DNA of 64,000 nt, taken from the NCBI GenBank assembly GCA_963796105.1, contig CAWCKJ010000012.1, forward strand, positions 64,001-128,000, given 5' to 3'. Positions within the stretch are counted from its first letter, which is position 1, and each line of letters begins with the position of its first letter. Below, piece after piece: positions 9,041 to 18,701 of this stretch. This DNA comes from a candidate division FCPU426 bacterium. GTDB lineage: Bacteria; Oederibacteriota; Muellerivitia; Muellerivitales; Muellerivitaceae. Made by a program: the position numbers and the translations under genes. Below the pieces are notes generated by a model. It was not told the DNA's origin. It searched no databases and saw nothing but the letters and a program-made list of their open reading frames with translations.

Positions 9041-10138
9041 TCAAACTCCAAAGGAAACGTTTATTTTTTTCGCGGTCAAAACCAACTCATGGTCCAGGGG
9101 AACCTTGCGGATCTTCCCGCCCACCGCAGAAACAGGCACCGATCCCAAAGTCCCGTGGCGCCAGGTGACCATACGGCCAAAATGCCGTTTCAATACCAGA
9201 TCCATGGCTCGCACCCCGAAGAGAGTGGCCAGAACCCGGTCAAAGGATGTCGGAGTCCCGCCCCGGAGGACATGGCCTAGAATGACGGCCCTGGTTTCCA
9301 TGCCCGACTTGGCTTCCAGACGTTTGGCAAGCACCCGGCTGATCCCACCGAGGCGGATTTTTTCAGGTGACATCGGGTTGACTCGGTCCACCACCATCTT
9401 TCCCTTGCGGGGAAAAGCTCCTTCCGCCACTACGATGATGCTGCTCTTTCGCCCCCGGTTATAACGATCCTCAATGACTTCCAGGATTTTCCCCTCATCG
9501 TAAGGTATCTCGGGAATGAGGATGACGTCCGCCCCTCCCGCGATTCCCGATCTCAAGGCCAGCCAGCCGGCATATCGGCCCATCACTTCCACCACCATGA
9601 CGCGGTGGTGGGAAGCGGCGGTAGTGTGGAGCCTGTCAATGGCCTCCGTGGCGATATGGACGGCTGTGTCATGGCCGAAGGTCTGGTCCGTCCCGACCAG
9701 GTCGTTGTCGATGGTCTTGGGAACCCCCACGACATGCAAACCCTTGCGGCTGAAGCGCTCAGCCACGGTCATGGTGCCATCGCCACCCAAAACCACCAGG
9801 GCTTCAATGCAGTGGTTTTTGAGGTTCTCGAGCACCTCATTGCTTCGGTCCCGGCGGAGAATCCGGCCGGAAGGGTCCTTTTCCAGCATTCGAAATGGGT
9901 CGTCCTTGTTAGAGGAACCCAAGATGGTCCCGCCCAAAGTCAGGATATTGGAAACGTCATCGTTTCCCAGGCTCCTGGTGGAATCCTGCACCAGGCCGAG
10001 GAATCCGTCATTGAACCCAGTGACCTCGATTCCCTCCCGGACAGCGCTTCTGACTACCGCCCGGATTACGGCGTTCAAGCCGGGGCAATCGCCCCCGCCG
10101 GTGAGGATCCCGATGCGTTTGACGCGGGAGAAAGCCAT
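9041..10138 (-). CDS. pfkA: 6-phosphofructokinase (PfkA family)
   Basis: TGGGDCPGLNAVIR, GGTILGSS, GGDGT, PKTIDND, EVMGR. Confidence 0.95.
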   Translation of the reverse strand: MAFSRVKRIGILTGGGDCPGLNAVIRAVVRSAVREGIEVTGFNDGFLGLVQDSTRSLGNDDVSNILTLGGTILGSSNKDDPFRMLEKDPSGRILRRDRSNEVLENLKNHCIEALVVLGGDGTMTVAERFSRKGLHVVGVPKTIDNDLVGTDQTFGHDTAVHIATEAIDRLHTTAASHHRVMVVEVMGRYAGWLALRSGIAGGADVILIPEIPYDEGKILEVIEDRYNRGRKSSIIVVAEGAFPRKGKMVVDRVNPMSPEKIRLGGISRVLAKRLEAKSGMETRAVILGHVLRGGTPTSFDRVLATLFGVRAMDLVLKRHFGRMVTWRHGTLGSVPVSAVGGKIRKVPLDHELVLTAKKINVSFGV

Positions 10139-10140
10139 CT

Positions 10141-10656
10141 TTACTTGATCCCGAGAAGTTCAACGTCGAAGATCAATGTGGCGTTCGGCGGAATGACATT
10201 GCCCGCGCCGTGTTCTCCATAACCCAATTCCGAGGGTATGGTCAATTTTCTTTTTTCTTCAACCTTCATTCCAGCCACTCCCTCATCCCACCCCTTGATG
10301 ACCTGCCCCGCCCCCAGGTTGAATTCAAAGGGTTGTCCCCGGTCCACGGAGCTGTCGAACTTGGTTCCGTTAGTCAGCCATCCGGTATAGTGCACTGAAA
10401 CTGTTTGTCCCGCTTGGGCAACGGGACCTTTCCCCTTTTTCAGGACTTGGTATTTCAAGCCTGAAGCGGTTGTCACCGTTTTGGAAGAAAATTTGGCTTT
10501 TTTCCCTCCTGCTTTCGGCGCCGCGGCAACCGGTGTCTCCTTGTCATTAGTGGTTTTTCCCGCGGATGAATTATCCTGCGCCTTTGAATAATTTGTCATA
10601 AATGCCAACACTCCGATCATTGAGATCAAGGTAAAAACAAGTTTATGATAAAGCAT
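10141..10656 (-). CDS. FKBP-type peptidyl-prolyl isomerase with signal peptide
   Basis: [33 protein letters not shown]. Confidence 0.95.
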   Translation of the reverse strand: MLYHKLVFTLISMIGVLAFMTNYSKAQDNSSAGKTTNDKETPVAAAPKAGGKKAKFSSKTVTTASGLKYQVLKKGKGPVAQAGQTVSVHYTGWLTNGTKFDSSVDRGQPFEFNLGAGQVIKGWDEGVAGMKVEEKRKLTIPSELGYGEHGAGNVIPPNATLIFDVELLGIK

Positions 10657-10781
10657 TTGAAACCTCCCTTTGATAATTAATCAAACCGGAAGAAAGTATA
10701 ACCAAACCCCTATTCGAATAGAGGGAAAAAAAAGAACCGTGAAAAAATATTCCGTGTTTTTAATACGCTGGAATCAGATGG

Positions 10782-10834
10782 GACAAGTTCAGTCAAGTGA
10801 ACTGTCTTGTCAGGCTACTGAATATTATTATAAT
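10782..10834 (+). promoter_or_regulatory. Sigma70-like promoter with adjacent palindrome, upstream of the lsrF operon
   Basis: TTGTCA (10807-10812)-N16-TATAAT (10829-10834). AGTTCA-N6-TGAACT palindrome at 10786-10803. Confidence 0.55.
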
Positions 10835-10866
10835 GTCATTCCCATTATTCATAGCGGAGACAGCCC

Positions 10867-11076
10867 ATGGCCATCCCAGGTTATTTCGACTACAAGCGCC
10901 GTGAATACTGTAAGGGCGTGAAATGCCCTGTCCAGGTGGAAATGGACGCAAAAAAAGAGGGCTCGGAAGAATATGAAAAACTGCGGCAGACCTGCCAGGA
11001 CACCTGCCTGCATACCACCTACGAGTTTCACCACTGGCTTATCAAAAAAGGCTATGAAATCGTGAGGCCGGCGTAA
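10867..11076 (+). CDS. Small Cys/His-rich hypothetical protein
   Basis: GGAGA RBS; 69 aa with CxxxxC...CxxxCxH...HH; first gene of the lsrF operon. Confidence 0.75.
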   Translation: MAIPGYFDYKRREYCKGVKCPVQVEMDAKKEGSEEYEKLRQTCQDTCLHTTYEFHHWLIKKGYEIVRPA

Positions 11077-11097
11077 CTTCATTTTAGGAGGTTTGAT

Positions 11098-11892
11098 ATG
11101 GACTGGGGCAAGAAGAACCGACTTTCCAAACTGATACAAAAAGACGGGCATTGTTTTTATATGCCCATCGACCACGGGTATTTCCTGGGGCCCACCCGCT
11201 GCCTGGAAAAGCCCGGAGAAACCATCAAGCCCCTGCTGGATTACTGCGACGCCCTTTTCGTAACCCGGGGCGTGCTTCGCGCCTGCGTGGTTCCGGAAGG
11301 CAGCAAGCCGATCATCCTGAGGGTGTCGGGCGGCACGAGCGTTGTGGGCAAGGACCTGGCCAACGAGTCTATCACCACTTCAATCGAGGAAATCATCCGC
11401 CTCAACGTGACCGGAGTCGGTCTTTCGGTGTTTGTCGGAAGCGATTACGAGAACCAGACCCTGTTGAACCTCTCCAAGCTGGTCAACGATTGCTCAACCT
11501 ATGGGATACCGGTAATGGCCGTGACAGCCGTAGGTAAGGAACTGGAAAAACGGGACGCCCGCTACCTGGGTCTCGCCTGCCGCATCGCCGCCGAATTGGG
11601 GGCCGACGTGGTGAAAACCTACTGGTGCTCAGAAGGGTTCGAGAAGGTCGTGGCCAACTGTCCCGTGCCGGTGGTGATGGCCGGCGGGCCGAAGTGCGAG
11701 ACCCAGAAGGAAGTCTTTGATTTCGTGTGCGACGGTATGCAGAAAGGCGCCATCGGCCTGAACCTAGGTAGGAACGTCTGGCAGGACCCTCATCCGGTAG
11801 CGGCCGCGAGAGCATTGTGGAGCATCATCCATGAAAGCAAGAATGCCAAACAGGCCCTCGATCTTTACAACGAAGTGAAAAATTCCAAGTAA
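11098..11892 (+). CDS. lsrF: LsrF-like class I aldolase/thiolase (DhnA family)
   Basis: MDWGKKNRL, PIDHGYFLGP, AAELGADVVKTY, PVVMAGGPK, GRNVWQ. Confidence 0.88.
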   Translation: MDWGKKNRLSKLIQKDGHCFYMPIDHGYFLGPTRCLEKPGETIKPLLDYCDALFVTRGVLRACVVPEGSKPIILRVSGGTSVVGKDLANESITTSIEEIIRLNVTGVGLSVFVGSDYENQTLLNLSKLVNDCSTYGIPVMAVTAVGKELEKRDARYLGLACRIAAELGADVVKTYWCSEGFEKVVANCPVPVVMAGGPKCETQKEVFDFVCDGMQKGAIGLNLGRNVWQDPHPVAAARALWSIIHESKNAKQALDLYNEVKNSK

Positions 11893-11904
11893 GAGCGGTC
11901 TCAA

Positions 11905-12930
11905 ATGCGAGTAGTGATGTATTACAAAAATAGCGATGTCCGCCTGGAAGAAAGACCCGTTCCCAAAATCGGGTCCGGCGAAATTCTTGTGAAAATTCGG
12001 GCCAGCGGCATCTGCGGCAGCGACGTCCTGGAGTGGTACCGCATCAAGAAGGCCCCTATCATTCTCGGGCACGAGGTCACCGGAGATGTCGCCGAGGTGG
12101 GCGAGGGAGTCTCCAAATACAAGGTCGGAGACCGGGTGGCTGTTTCCCACCATGTGCCCTGCAACACCTGCCGGTACTGCCTCAGCGGCAACCACACTGT
12201 CTGCGAAACCCTCCACACGACCAATTTCGACCCTGGCGGTTTTTCCGAATATGTCCGGGTCCCAATGCTCAACGTGGACCGCGGTGTCTTTTTGCTTCCC
12301 AACGAGGTCTCCTACGAGGACGGATCCTTCATGGAGCCCTTGGGATGCGTCCTGAGGGGGCAAAGACTGGCGCGTTTGATGCCCGGACAGACGGTGCTGG
12401 TGATGGGAAGCGGCATATCGGGTCTTCTCCACATCATGCTGGCCAAGGCCCTCGGCGCCGGCAGGATCATCGCCACCGACGTCAGCCAGTACCGCCTGAA
12501 CGCCGCGAAGGACCTGGGAGCGGACGAATGGATCAATGCCAAGGAAGACGTGCCTTCGCGGGTTCGTGATCTCAACGACGGCCGGTTGGCCGATCTCGTC
12601 ATCGTCTGCACGGGAGCCATGCCGGCATTCGCGCAGGCCCTGAAATCGGTGGACCGGGGCGGCACGCTAATGTACTTCGCCACCACCGATCCGGGTGTGA
12701 CCCTTCCGGTACCCATTAACGATTACTGGCGAAACGGCATCACGCTCCTTCCTTCCTATGGCAATGCCCCTTACGATGGCGAAGTCGCGATATCCTTGAT
12801 CCGTTCGGGAAGGGTGCCGGTGAATAAAATGATCACGCATCGCTTTGGGCTAGCTGAAACACCCAAGGGATTCCAGCTTGTCGCCGGCGCCGGTGAATCC
12901 ATTAAAGTGATAATTGAACCCCAGAGGTAG
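11905..12930 (+). CDS. Zn-dependent alcohol/polyol dehydrogenase (MDR family)
   Basis: GICGSD, GHE, CxxCxxC...C, GSGISG. Confidence 0.93.
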   Translation: MRVVMYYKNSDVRLEERPVPKIGSGEILVKIRASGICGSDVLEWYRIKKAPIILGHEVTGDVAEVGEGVSKYKVGDRVAVSHHVPCNTCRYCLSGNHTVCETLHTTNFDPGGFSEYVRVPMLNVDRGVFLLPNEVSYEDGSFMEPLGCVLRGQRLARLMPGQTVLVMGSGISGLLHIMLAKALGAGRIIATDVSQYRLNAAKDLGADEWINAKEDVPSRVRDLNDGRLADLVIVCTGAMPAFAQALKSVDRGGTLMYFATTDPGVTLPVPINDYWRNGITLLPSYGNAPYDGEVAISLIRSGRVPVNKMITHRFGLAETPKGFQLVAGAGESIKVIIEPQR

Positions 12931-12991
12931 GGTTCCACCCCAAGTTGACAGCTCCCTCTAGCGCGCCTAAGATGCACCCTTTAAACTCACC

Positions 12992-14008
12992 ATGAAAACA
13001 GCCATCCGGGTTCAAAACTTATCCAAAAGCTTTAAGCGCCGCGTCCGCCAGCCGGGCCTGGCCGGCGCCTTCAAAGCCCTTTTTTCCAGCCGAAACGAGG
13101 AACTGTTCGCTGTCAGGAACCTTTCCTTTTCCATCCAGCGCGGGGAGAGGGTGGGCTTGATCGGAGAGAATGGGGCCGGGAAATCCACAACCCTCAAGAT
13201 GCTGACGGGCATCCTTGTTCCCACAGGGGGCGAGGTGGAGGTCCTGGGGCATATTCCATGGAAGGAAAGGTCCAAACTGGCCTTGAATATCGGTGTCGTC
13301 TTCGGCCAGAGACCCCAGCTTTTGTGGGATATCCCTGTGCGCGAGACCTTCCAGCTCTTGAAAACAATGTACCGGATACCATCAGATGTTTATGAGGCGG
13401 TCTACGGCGAGGCCCTGAAAAGACTGGGCCTGGAGCCCCTCCTGTCCACGCCCGTTCGTCACTTGTCCCTCGGCCAACGCATGCGATGCGACTTGACGGC
13501 CGCCCTCCTTCACGCCCCCGCAGTGGCTTTCCTCGACGAGCCCACCATTGGATTGGATCTTTCAGTCCGGGAACAGGTCCGGGAATTCATCACGGACATC
13601 CAGGAGAAGTTCGGAATCACCCTCCTCATCACCACCCACGACTTGAAGGACATCACTGAAACCTGCGACCGCCTGCTTTTACTAGACAATGGAAAATTGC
13701 TTTTTGACGGTTCCCTCCAGGCTTTCGAGAAAAAATACGCGAGCGACCGGCGGATCGTGGCGGAGCTTCAAAAGCCTATAGGAGCCGAGGAGGCTGTAAA
13801 CCTTTCAAGGGAAATCGCCTCATTAGGGGGAAATCTCAAGGAAGCCCAGGGTCACAGAGTCGTGGTGGAACATAAGGAAGAAACCTCCGTCCCGGCCCTG
13901 ACCCAGCTTCTCTTAAGCCGGTTGCAGGTGGCGGACTTGAACCTAGAAAAAACAGACATTGAGACCATCGTCATGCGGATTTACCGCCAACCGGACGAGA
14001 AGGACTGA
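12992..14008 (+). CDS. ABC transporter ATP-binding protein
   Basis: GENGAGKST, LSLGQRMR, LDEPTIGLD. Confidence 0.94.
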   Translation: MKTAIRVQNLSKSFKRRVRQPGLAGAFKALFSSRNEELFAVRNLSFSIQRGERVGLIGENGAGKSTTLKMLTGILVPTGGEVEVLGHIPWKERSKLALNIGVVFGQRPQLLWDIPVRETFQLLKTMYRIPSDVYEAVYGEALKRLGLEPLLSTPVRHLSLGQRMRCDLTAALLHAPAVAFLDEPTIGLDLSVREQVREFITDIQEKFGITLLITTHDLKDITETCDRLLLLDNGKLLFDGSLQAFEKKYASDRRIVAELQKPIGAEEAVNLSREIASLGGNLKEAQGHRVVVEHKEETSVPALTQLLLSRLQVADLNLEKTDIETIVMRIYRQPDEKD

Positions 14009-14010
14009 CC

Positions 14011-14841
14011 ATGCGGGAACTTTCCCCTCCCTTGGGTTTTTGGGAAAAAGCCTCCGGTTATTTCGCGCTCCTGAACCGGGCCCTCAAGGCCAATTTCGCC
14101 TACCGCTCCACCACCTTCCTGGGCCTCTTTACGGCGTCATTGAGCTATGGGATCACGGTTCTGGTCTGGAACCACGTCTACATCCAGAAAGGTTCCACCC
14201 TGGCCTTGCCTAAGGCCCAGATGTTCTCCTATCTGGCCCTGGCCTTTTGCCTCAATTATGTTCTTTCCATCAATATCGACCAGAGGGTGGGCCAACGTAT
14301 CCGGATGGGTTTGATCGCCACCGACCTCTTGAAGCCTGTGGATTTCCAGTTATCCCAGGCGGTCCAGGCATTAAGCGATAGCCTTTTCAACAGTTTCGTG
14401 GGCCTGGGAATCCTTGTAGTGGTGGCCTTCTTGTTGGGCCCCATGATCCTTCCCAAAAGCCCCGAGGCCTTTTGCCTGTTCCTGATCAGCCTTTTTTTAT
14501 CATTCCTAGTCCAATACTCCATCGTTTTCATCTTTATCCAGGGAGCCTTTTACACTTATAGCGGATACGGGATTTTCGCCTCTCGAATCGCCCTCCACCA
14601 GACCTTTTCGGGTTTGCAGGCTCCCCTGACCCTTTATCCGCCTATCTTGCTTGCCATTGGCCGCTGGCTTCCCTTTCAACACGTTGTTTACACTCCCATC
14701 GCGCTCTACATGGGAAAAGTTGAGGGCATGGCGGCCTGGAGCCTATTAGGGGAGCAAGCTCTATGGGCATTGGGATTATATTTCGCGGGTAAATGGGTCC
14801 TAAGAAAAGCCTTAGGACAGTTGGAAATTCAGGGCGGATAA
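14011..14841 (+). CDS. ABC-2 family permease (DUF990-like)
   Basis: Multi-TM, LLKPVDF, LPFQ...P, terminal IQGG. Confidence 0.88.
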   Translation: MRELSPPLGFWEKASGYFALLNRALKANFAYRSTTFLGLFTASLSYGITVLVWNHVYIQKGSTLALPKAQMFSYLALAFCLNYVLSINIDQRVGQRIRMGLIATDLLKPVDFQLSQAVQALSDSLFNSFVGLGILVVVAFLLGPMILPKSPEAFCLFLISLFLSFLVQYSIVFIFIQGAFYTYSGYGIFASRIALHQTFSGLQAPLTLYPPILLAIGRWLPFQHVVYTPIALYMGKVEGMAAWSLLGEQALWALGLYFAGKWVLRKALGQLEIQGG

Positions 14842-14842
14842 A

Positions 14843-15649
14843 ATGAAATACCACAGGAATCTTATGTTATCGGAATTTAAAATTTATTGGGCGGCCTTCA
14901 ACTCCTCTCTTCAGGCTAAGTTGGAGTACAAACTGGATTTCCTTTTGGGCATTCTCACCTCCACTATGCTCCAATTGGCGGCGCTGGGTTTCCTTTGGGT
15001 TGTTTTCCATCAAACCACCAGCCTCCAGGGGTGGAACCAGCTTCAGGTTATTTTTCTTTTCGGGCTCACCGCCATGTCCCTGGGCCTTTCCGAACTCTTG
15101 TTCAACCATATTTGGATGGTACCCTACTACATCGTCATGGGGGACCTGGACCGGCTTTTGGTTTATCCCGTGAAATCCCTTCCCTTCCTGTTGATTTCCA
15201 GGCCGGAACTGCATTCCTTCGGGAATATGGCGACCGGCCTCATCTTGACCGCCGCTTCCTTGTGGACCCAGCACATGCCCTGGTGGGATTGGGCCCTGGT
15301 CCCCCTCTGGGTCCTGAGCGGCTCACTGATCTACACCTCTGTATTGGTTATTTTTTGCAGTCTTTCCTTCAAGTTCGTAGGTCCTTATAGTTATACCTTG
15401 ATGGTCCCTCACACCCTTCTTCAGGCCAGCCGGTATCCCCTGAGTATTTTCCCGGCTTGGGTTCATTACTCTCTTTTGTTTCTGGTTCCCTACGGCGTCT
15501 TTAACTATCTCCCGGGAAACTGGGTCTTCGGCAAAGTCCTTTCGCCGGGATATATCCTCATAACACCTCTGGTGGCTGTTCTTTGCATAGCCGCGGCCCA
15601 GAAAGCCTGGACTTGGGGCCTCAGGCAATACCAAAGCACTGGCTCTTGA
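14843..15649 (+). CDS. ABC-2 family permease (DUF990-like)
   Basis: Multi-TM, GDLDRLLVYP, YPLSIFP, terminal YQSTGS. Confidence 0.88.
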   Translation: MKYHRNLMLSEFKIYWAAFNSSLQAKLEYKLDFLLGILTSTMLQLAALGFLWVVFHQTTSLQGWNQLQVIFLFGLTAMSLGLSELLFNHIWMVPYYIVMGDLDRLLVYPVKSLPFLLISRPELHSFGNMATGLILTAASLWTQHMPWWDWALVPLWVLSGSLIYTSVLVIFCSLSFKFVGPYSYTLMVPHTLLQASRYPLSIFPAWVHYSLLFLVPYGVFNYLPGNWVFGKVLSPGYILITPLVAVLCIAAAQKAWTWGLRQYQSTGS

Positions 15650-15668
15650 TAAAGTTGGCTTTAAAATA

Positions 15669-15747
15669 AAAAACCCGGGGACCAATTTCGTCCCCGGGCC
15701 GCCTACCTTATACTATTACTAATAGCCTGGGGATCATTCCCCGGGCA
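15669..15747. terminator. Two hairpins between convergent genes
   Basis: CCCGGGGAC...GTCCCCGGG preceded by an A-run, then GCCTGGGGA...TCCCCGGGC. Confidence 0.55.
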
Positions 15748-15964
15748 GGAAGGCCATAAATACTCTCAGATAAGGTTTTTTACATACTTGAAAGAGTTTC
15801 GGCTAAACAGAAACCGGAGAACTCCTTCATCCTCTAGACGGAGATATCGGATTTTATTTCAAAAATAATTAATATTTTTCAGCCCAAAAAAGAGAACTGG
15901 ATTTTCATCAATTTGAGGCTAATTTTTAATAGTTTTTAAGGATAAAGACTTATTTGGACAGGGA

Positions 15965-17338
15965 TTAGTTATTTTTTTCACGATGATTATGTTCCAGCCA
16001 TTCCCTCAAGGAGGCATTTTCCGGGTCCATATCCAGTATCTTTTGGTAGGCTTCCATGGATTTGTCATAATAAATATGAGCAAGCTTATCCCATGCTGGC
16101 TTAAAACCAGGTTCCTTGTCGGTGGCTTTGATATATAGATCCAAGGCTTCCAGAATCAATCGTTCTTTTTCTTTTTTCTTTCCCAAGTCAAACAACTGGC
16201 GCGCACTCATATTCTCCTCATTTACTACCTTAAACTTAAGTAAAACAGGTTTGAGTCGACCCTTCGAGGATTCTGAACTGGCCGATTCGGATATGGAACC
16301 GGCTTGGCTGGAAACCTCTTTGGCGATTTTTGGTTTGTCATAAGGGGGGAAAGACATGGAAAGGGACAGGCGCTGGACATTTCCCAAATCCCCCTCGAAG
16401 GTGAAGGCATAATCCAATTGAAAATGTCCCAGGGCAGCTCCCGCGCCAAAACTCAGCCCGTTTACGTCTTCCAAGTTATTTTCCGTTAAATCAGTTGAAC
16501 ATCCCGCCCTAATGAAATATCTGTTTTGGAAAGCGTATTCGAATCCCGCCTTGAAACTGCTTACATTTTGGAATGAATTGTCCATCTCAGCTGTTAATAA
16601 CAATGTGTGACGGTCTTCCTGAGCCATAGCAATACGGTAAGCCACCCCCAGAAGCAATTCCAAAGGAAGATTGTAATTCCCGCTTTCCACGCCGATGTTT
16701 TTCAGGTCAAAACCTATGGAGAAGTTCGGTTGAAGCTTGGAGAGCAGGCCCAAATCCCAAACCATGCAGGAATATCCCGTCCCGCTGATGTCCTCCTTGA
16801 TCCATTGTGTTCTGAATCCCGCGAAAAGAGCATCCACTATCGGAAAACCAAAGGCTCCCCCGAAACTAATATCATAAGGATTGTAACTTCCAGATAAATT
16901 ACCGCTGGAATCCCTGTTTTCGATGGCCCCATAGTCAAAATAATTGACGCCGAAAGCCAATGTCCCCCAGTCAGGCAGTGGATAGGCGAATTCGGCTGTT
17001 TCATAATAACCGTCAGCCAGGTAGCTGTTATGGGAAAGGGATAATTCCGGATGCCAAATCTGAGCAAGCCCCGCCGGGTTATAGTGGTATGCCGATACAT
17101 CGTCAGCCACCGCGGTGAAACTCTCCCCCATTCCCACAGCCCTGGCGCCTACCCCGATCGAAAGAACAGGAAAAGCCGTGGAACTAGAGGAATAAATCGT
17201 TTGGGCGCGAAGCGATGAAAACGACAGGACAGCCCAAAAAAGAAAACAAAAGAAATAGGCTCCTGAAAACCCAATGAAATTCGGGGTAATGAAAATCAAT
17301 TTAAAATTTCGATTCGCCATCTTTTTCATACCGTTCAA
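15965..17338 (-). CDS. PorV/PorQ-like outer-membrane beta-barrel with C-terminal TPR
   Basis: LSIGVGARAVGMGESFTAVADDVSAYHYNPAGLA N-terminal signature, amphipathic strands, DLGNVQRLSL, then TPR-like helices. Confidence 0.85.
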   Translation of the reverse strand: MNGMKKMANRNFKLIFITPNFIGFSGAYFFCFLFWAVLSFSSLRAQTIYSSSSTAFPVLSIGVGARAVGMGESFTAVADDVSAYHYNPAGLAQIWHPELSLSHNSYLADGYYETAEFAYPLPDWGTLAFGVNYFDYGAIENRDSSGNLSGSYNPYDISFGGAFGFPIVDALFAGFRTQWIKEDISGTGYSCMVWDLGLLSKLQPNFSIGFDLKNIGVESGNYNLPLELLLGVAYRIAMAQEDRHTLLLTAEMDNSFQNVSSFKAGFEYAFQNRYFIRAGCSTDLTENNLEDVNGLSFGAGAALGHFQLDYAFTFEGDLGNVQRLSLSMSFPPYDKPKIAKEVSSQAGSISESASSESSKGRLKPVLLKFKVVNEENMSARQLFDLGKKKEKERLILEALDLYIKATDKEPGFKPAWDKLAHIYYDKSMEAYQKILDMDPENASLREWLEHNHREKNN

Positions 17339-18591
17339 GGCCTTATGACCGCAAATTTCATTGGTTTTGTTTTATAGGTTCCGCTGGAAGAGATCATTTG
17401 GAGCAAGTAATAATAAATGCCATGGGAAAATCCGGATATATCCAGGGAAGTCGTATTGCGTCCAGAAAGGCCCTGAAATGGGAAGGTCGCGACCAATCCC
17501 AGACTAACGTTATATATCGAAACCTGTACTGATCCAGGTTCACACAAATCATAAGATAGATTGAGGGCATGGCCGTTTGCGGGATTGGGATAAACAAACG
17601 CCTCAATAATCCCCTGGCAATGGCTTGGGGTAGGCGTGGGAGTGATGGAAGGAGTGATGGTCGGTTCCAACCCACAGCCCTGCACAACCGTGACGGTATT
17701 CCCGTTAGCGTGGCTCACGAAAACATTTCCAAGCTGGTTCGCGGCCACCCCCCAGACATCTGGGATCAGGCAGGAATTCTTCACACTGAAATCCGGGTTG
17801 AACAAATCCATATATCCCGCCCCATTGGCATTGTTGCAATTCGACTCTCCTACATAAAAATTCCCCGCCAGATCCGTTCTGATTCCAGAGGGACAAAGTA
17901 CCGACACTACCGTGATGGGAGAAGGGTTCGCAGTGGTCATGTCGAATTTCACGATGTGGTCGTTATAGGTATCCGTCACATATAACCATTTCCCTACTTT
18001 GATTAATGCGTTTGGGCTGTTGAGAACTCCTGGGCCACCCAAAGTTGCCGCCGAAGTATAAACTGTACCGGAACCGGTATATTGATAGACGTAATTCTGC
18101 AAGGATGAGATATAAACGTTTTGAGAAACACCGCCTTGCATGTCTTCCACCCAAACACCTGTGGCGCTGACCCCGGCCCCAATCGGCCCTAAGTAGCCGT
18201 ATCCAGAATCGAATTTTTCGACCTCCATATTTTGAAAATCCGCGACATAAATGGATCCATGCCCATCCACAGCTACATCCCAAGGATATTTAAAGGAAAA
18301 TGAGCCTCCGACAGGGGGAAAAAAAGTGATGGGGCTGAATGAATTGCAGTCAAAAACTTGAATTTGTCTGGTTGAAGAACTCACCACATACAGGAGGTTT
18401 CTCCTGTAATCAATGGCCATTCCCGCCGGGCCCCCGAACGGATTTCCAGTTTGTCCGGAAATTTGGGTCAAACCCTGGCAGAAATAGTAGAGGGGACAAT
18501 AGGGAGCGGGGGTCGGGGTTTGGGAGAGAAGGGCCGATTGGGTTGTTCCCAAGATCAAGCCTAAGAGAATGGTCAATTTGATTTTATTCAA
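17335..18591 (-). CDS. Secreted NHL-repeat beta-propeller protein with T9SS type-A-like C-terminal domain
   Basis: Signal peptide; NHL repeats (PWDVAVDGHGSIYVADFQN); PT linker; CTD motifs VYPNP, IYN..G, G.YYY, KFAVI. Confidence 0.8.
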   Translation of the reverse strand: MNKIKLTILLGLILGTTQSALLSQTPTPAPYCPLYYFCQGLTQISGQTGNPFGGPAGMAIDYRRNLLYVVSSSTRQIQVFDCNSFSPITFFPPVGGSFSFKYPWDVAVDGHGSIYVADFQNMEVEKFDSGYGYLGPIGAGVSATGVWVEDMQGGVSQNVYISSLQNYVYQYTGSGTVYTSAATLGGPGVLNSPNALIKVGKWLYVTDTYNDHIVKFDMTTANPSPITVVSVLCPSGIRTDLAGNFYVGESNCNNANGAGYMDLFNPDFSVKNSCLIPDVWGVAANQLGNVFVSHANGNTVTVVQGCGLEPTITPSITPTPTPSHCQGIIEAFVYPNPANGHALNLSYDLCEPGSVQVSIYNVSLGLVATFPFQGLSGRNTTSLDISGFSHGIYYYLLQMISSSGTYKTKPMKFAVIRP

Positions 18592-18701
18592 TGAACAATT
18601 CCCTTGCTATTATTTCTCCCCTGATTTTAGTGGCTCTTATGAATGATACCAGAAATACTTTTCCATATGTCGAATAGTTCCACTATCAAATGGACCTATG
18701 T

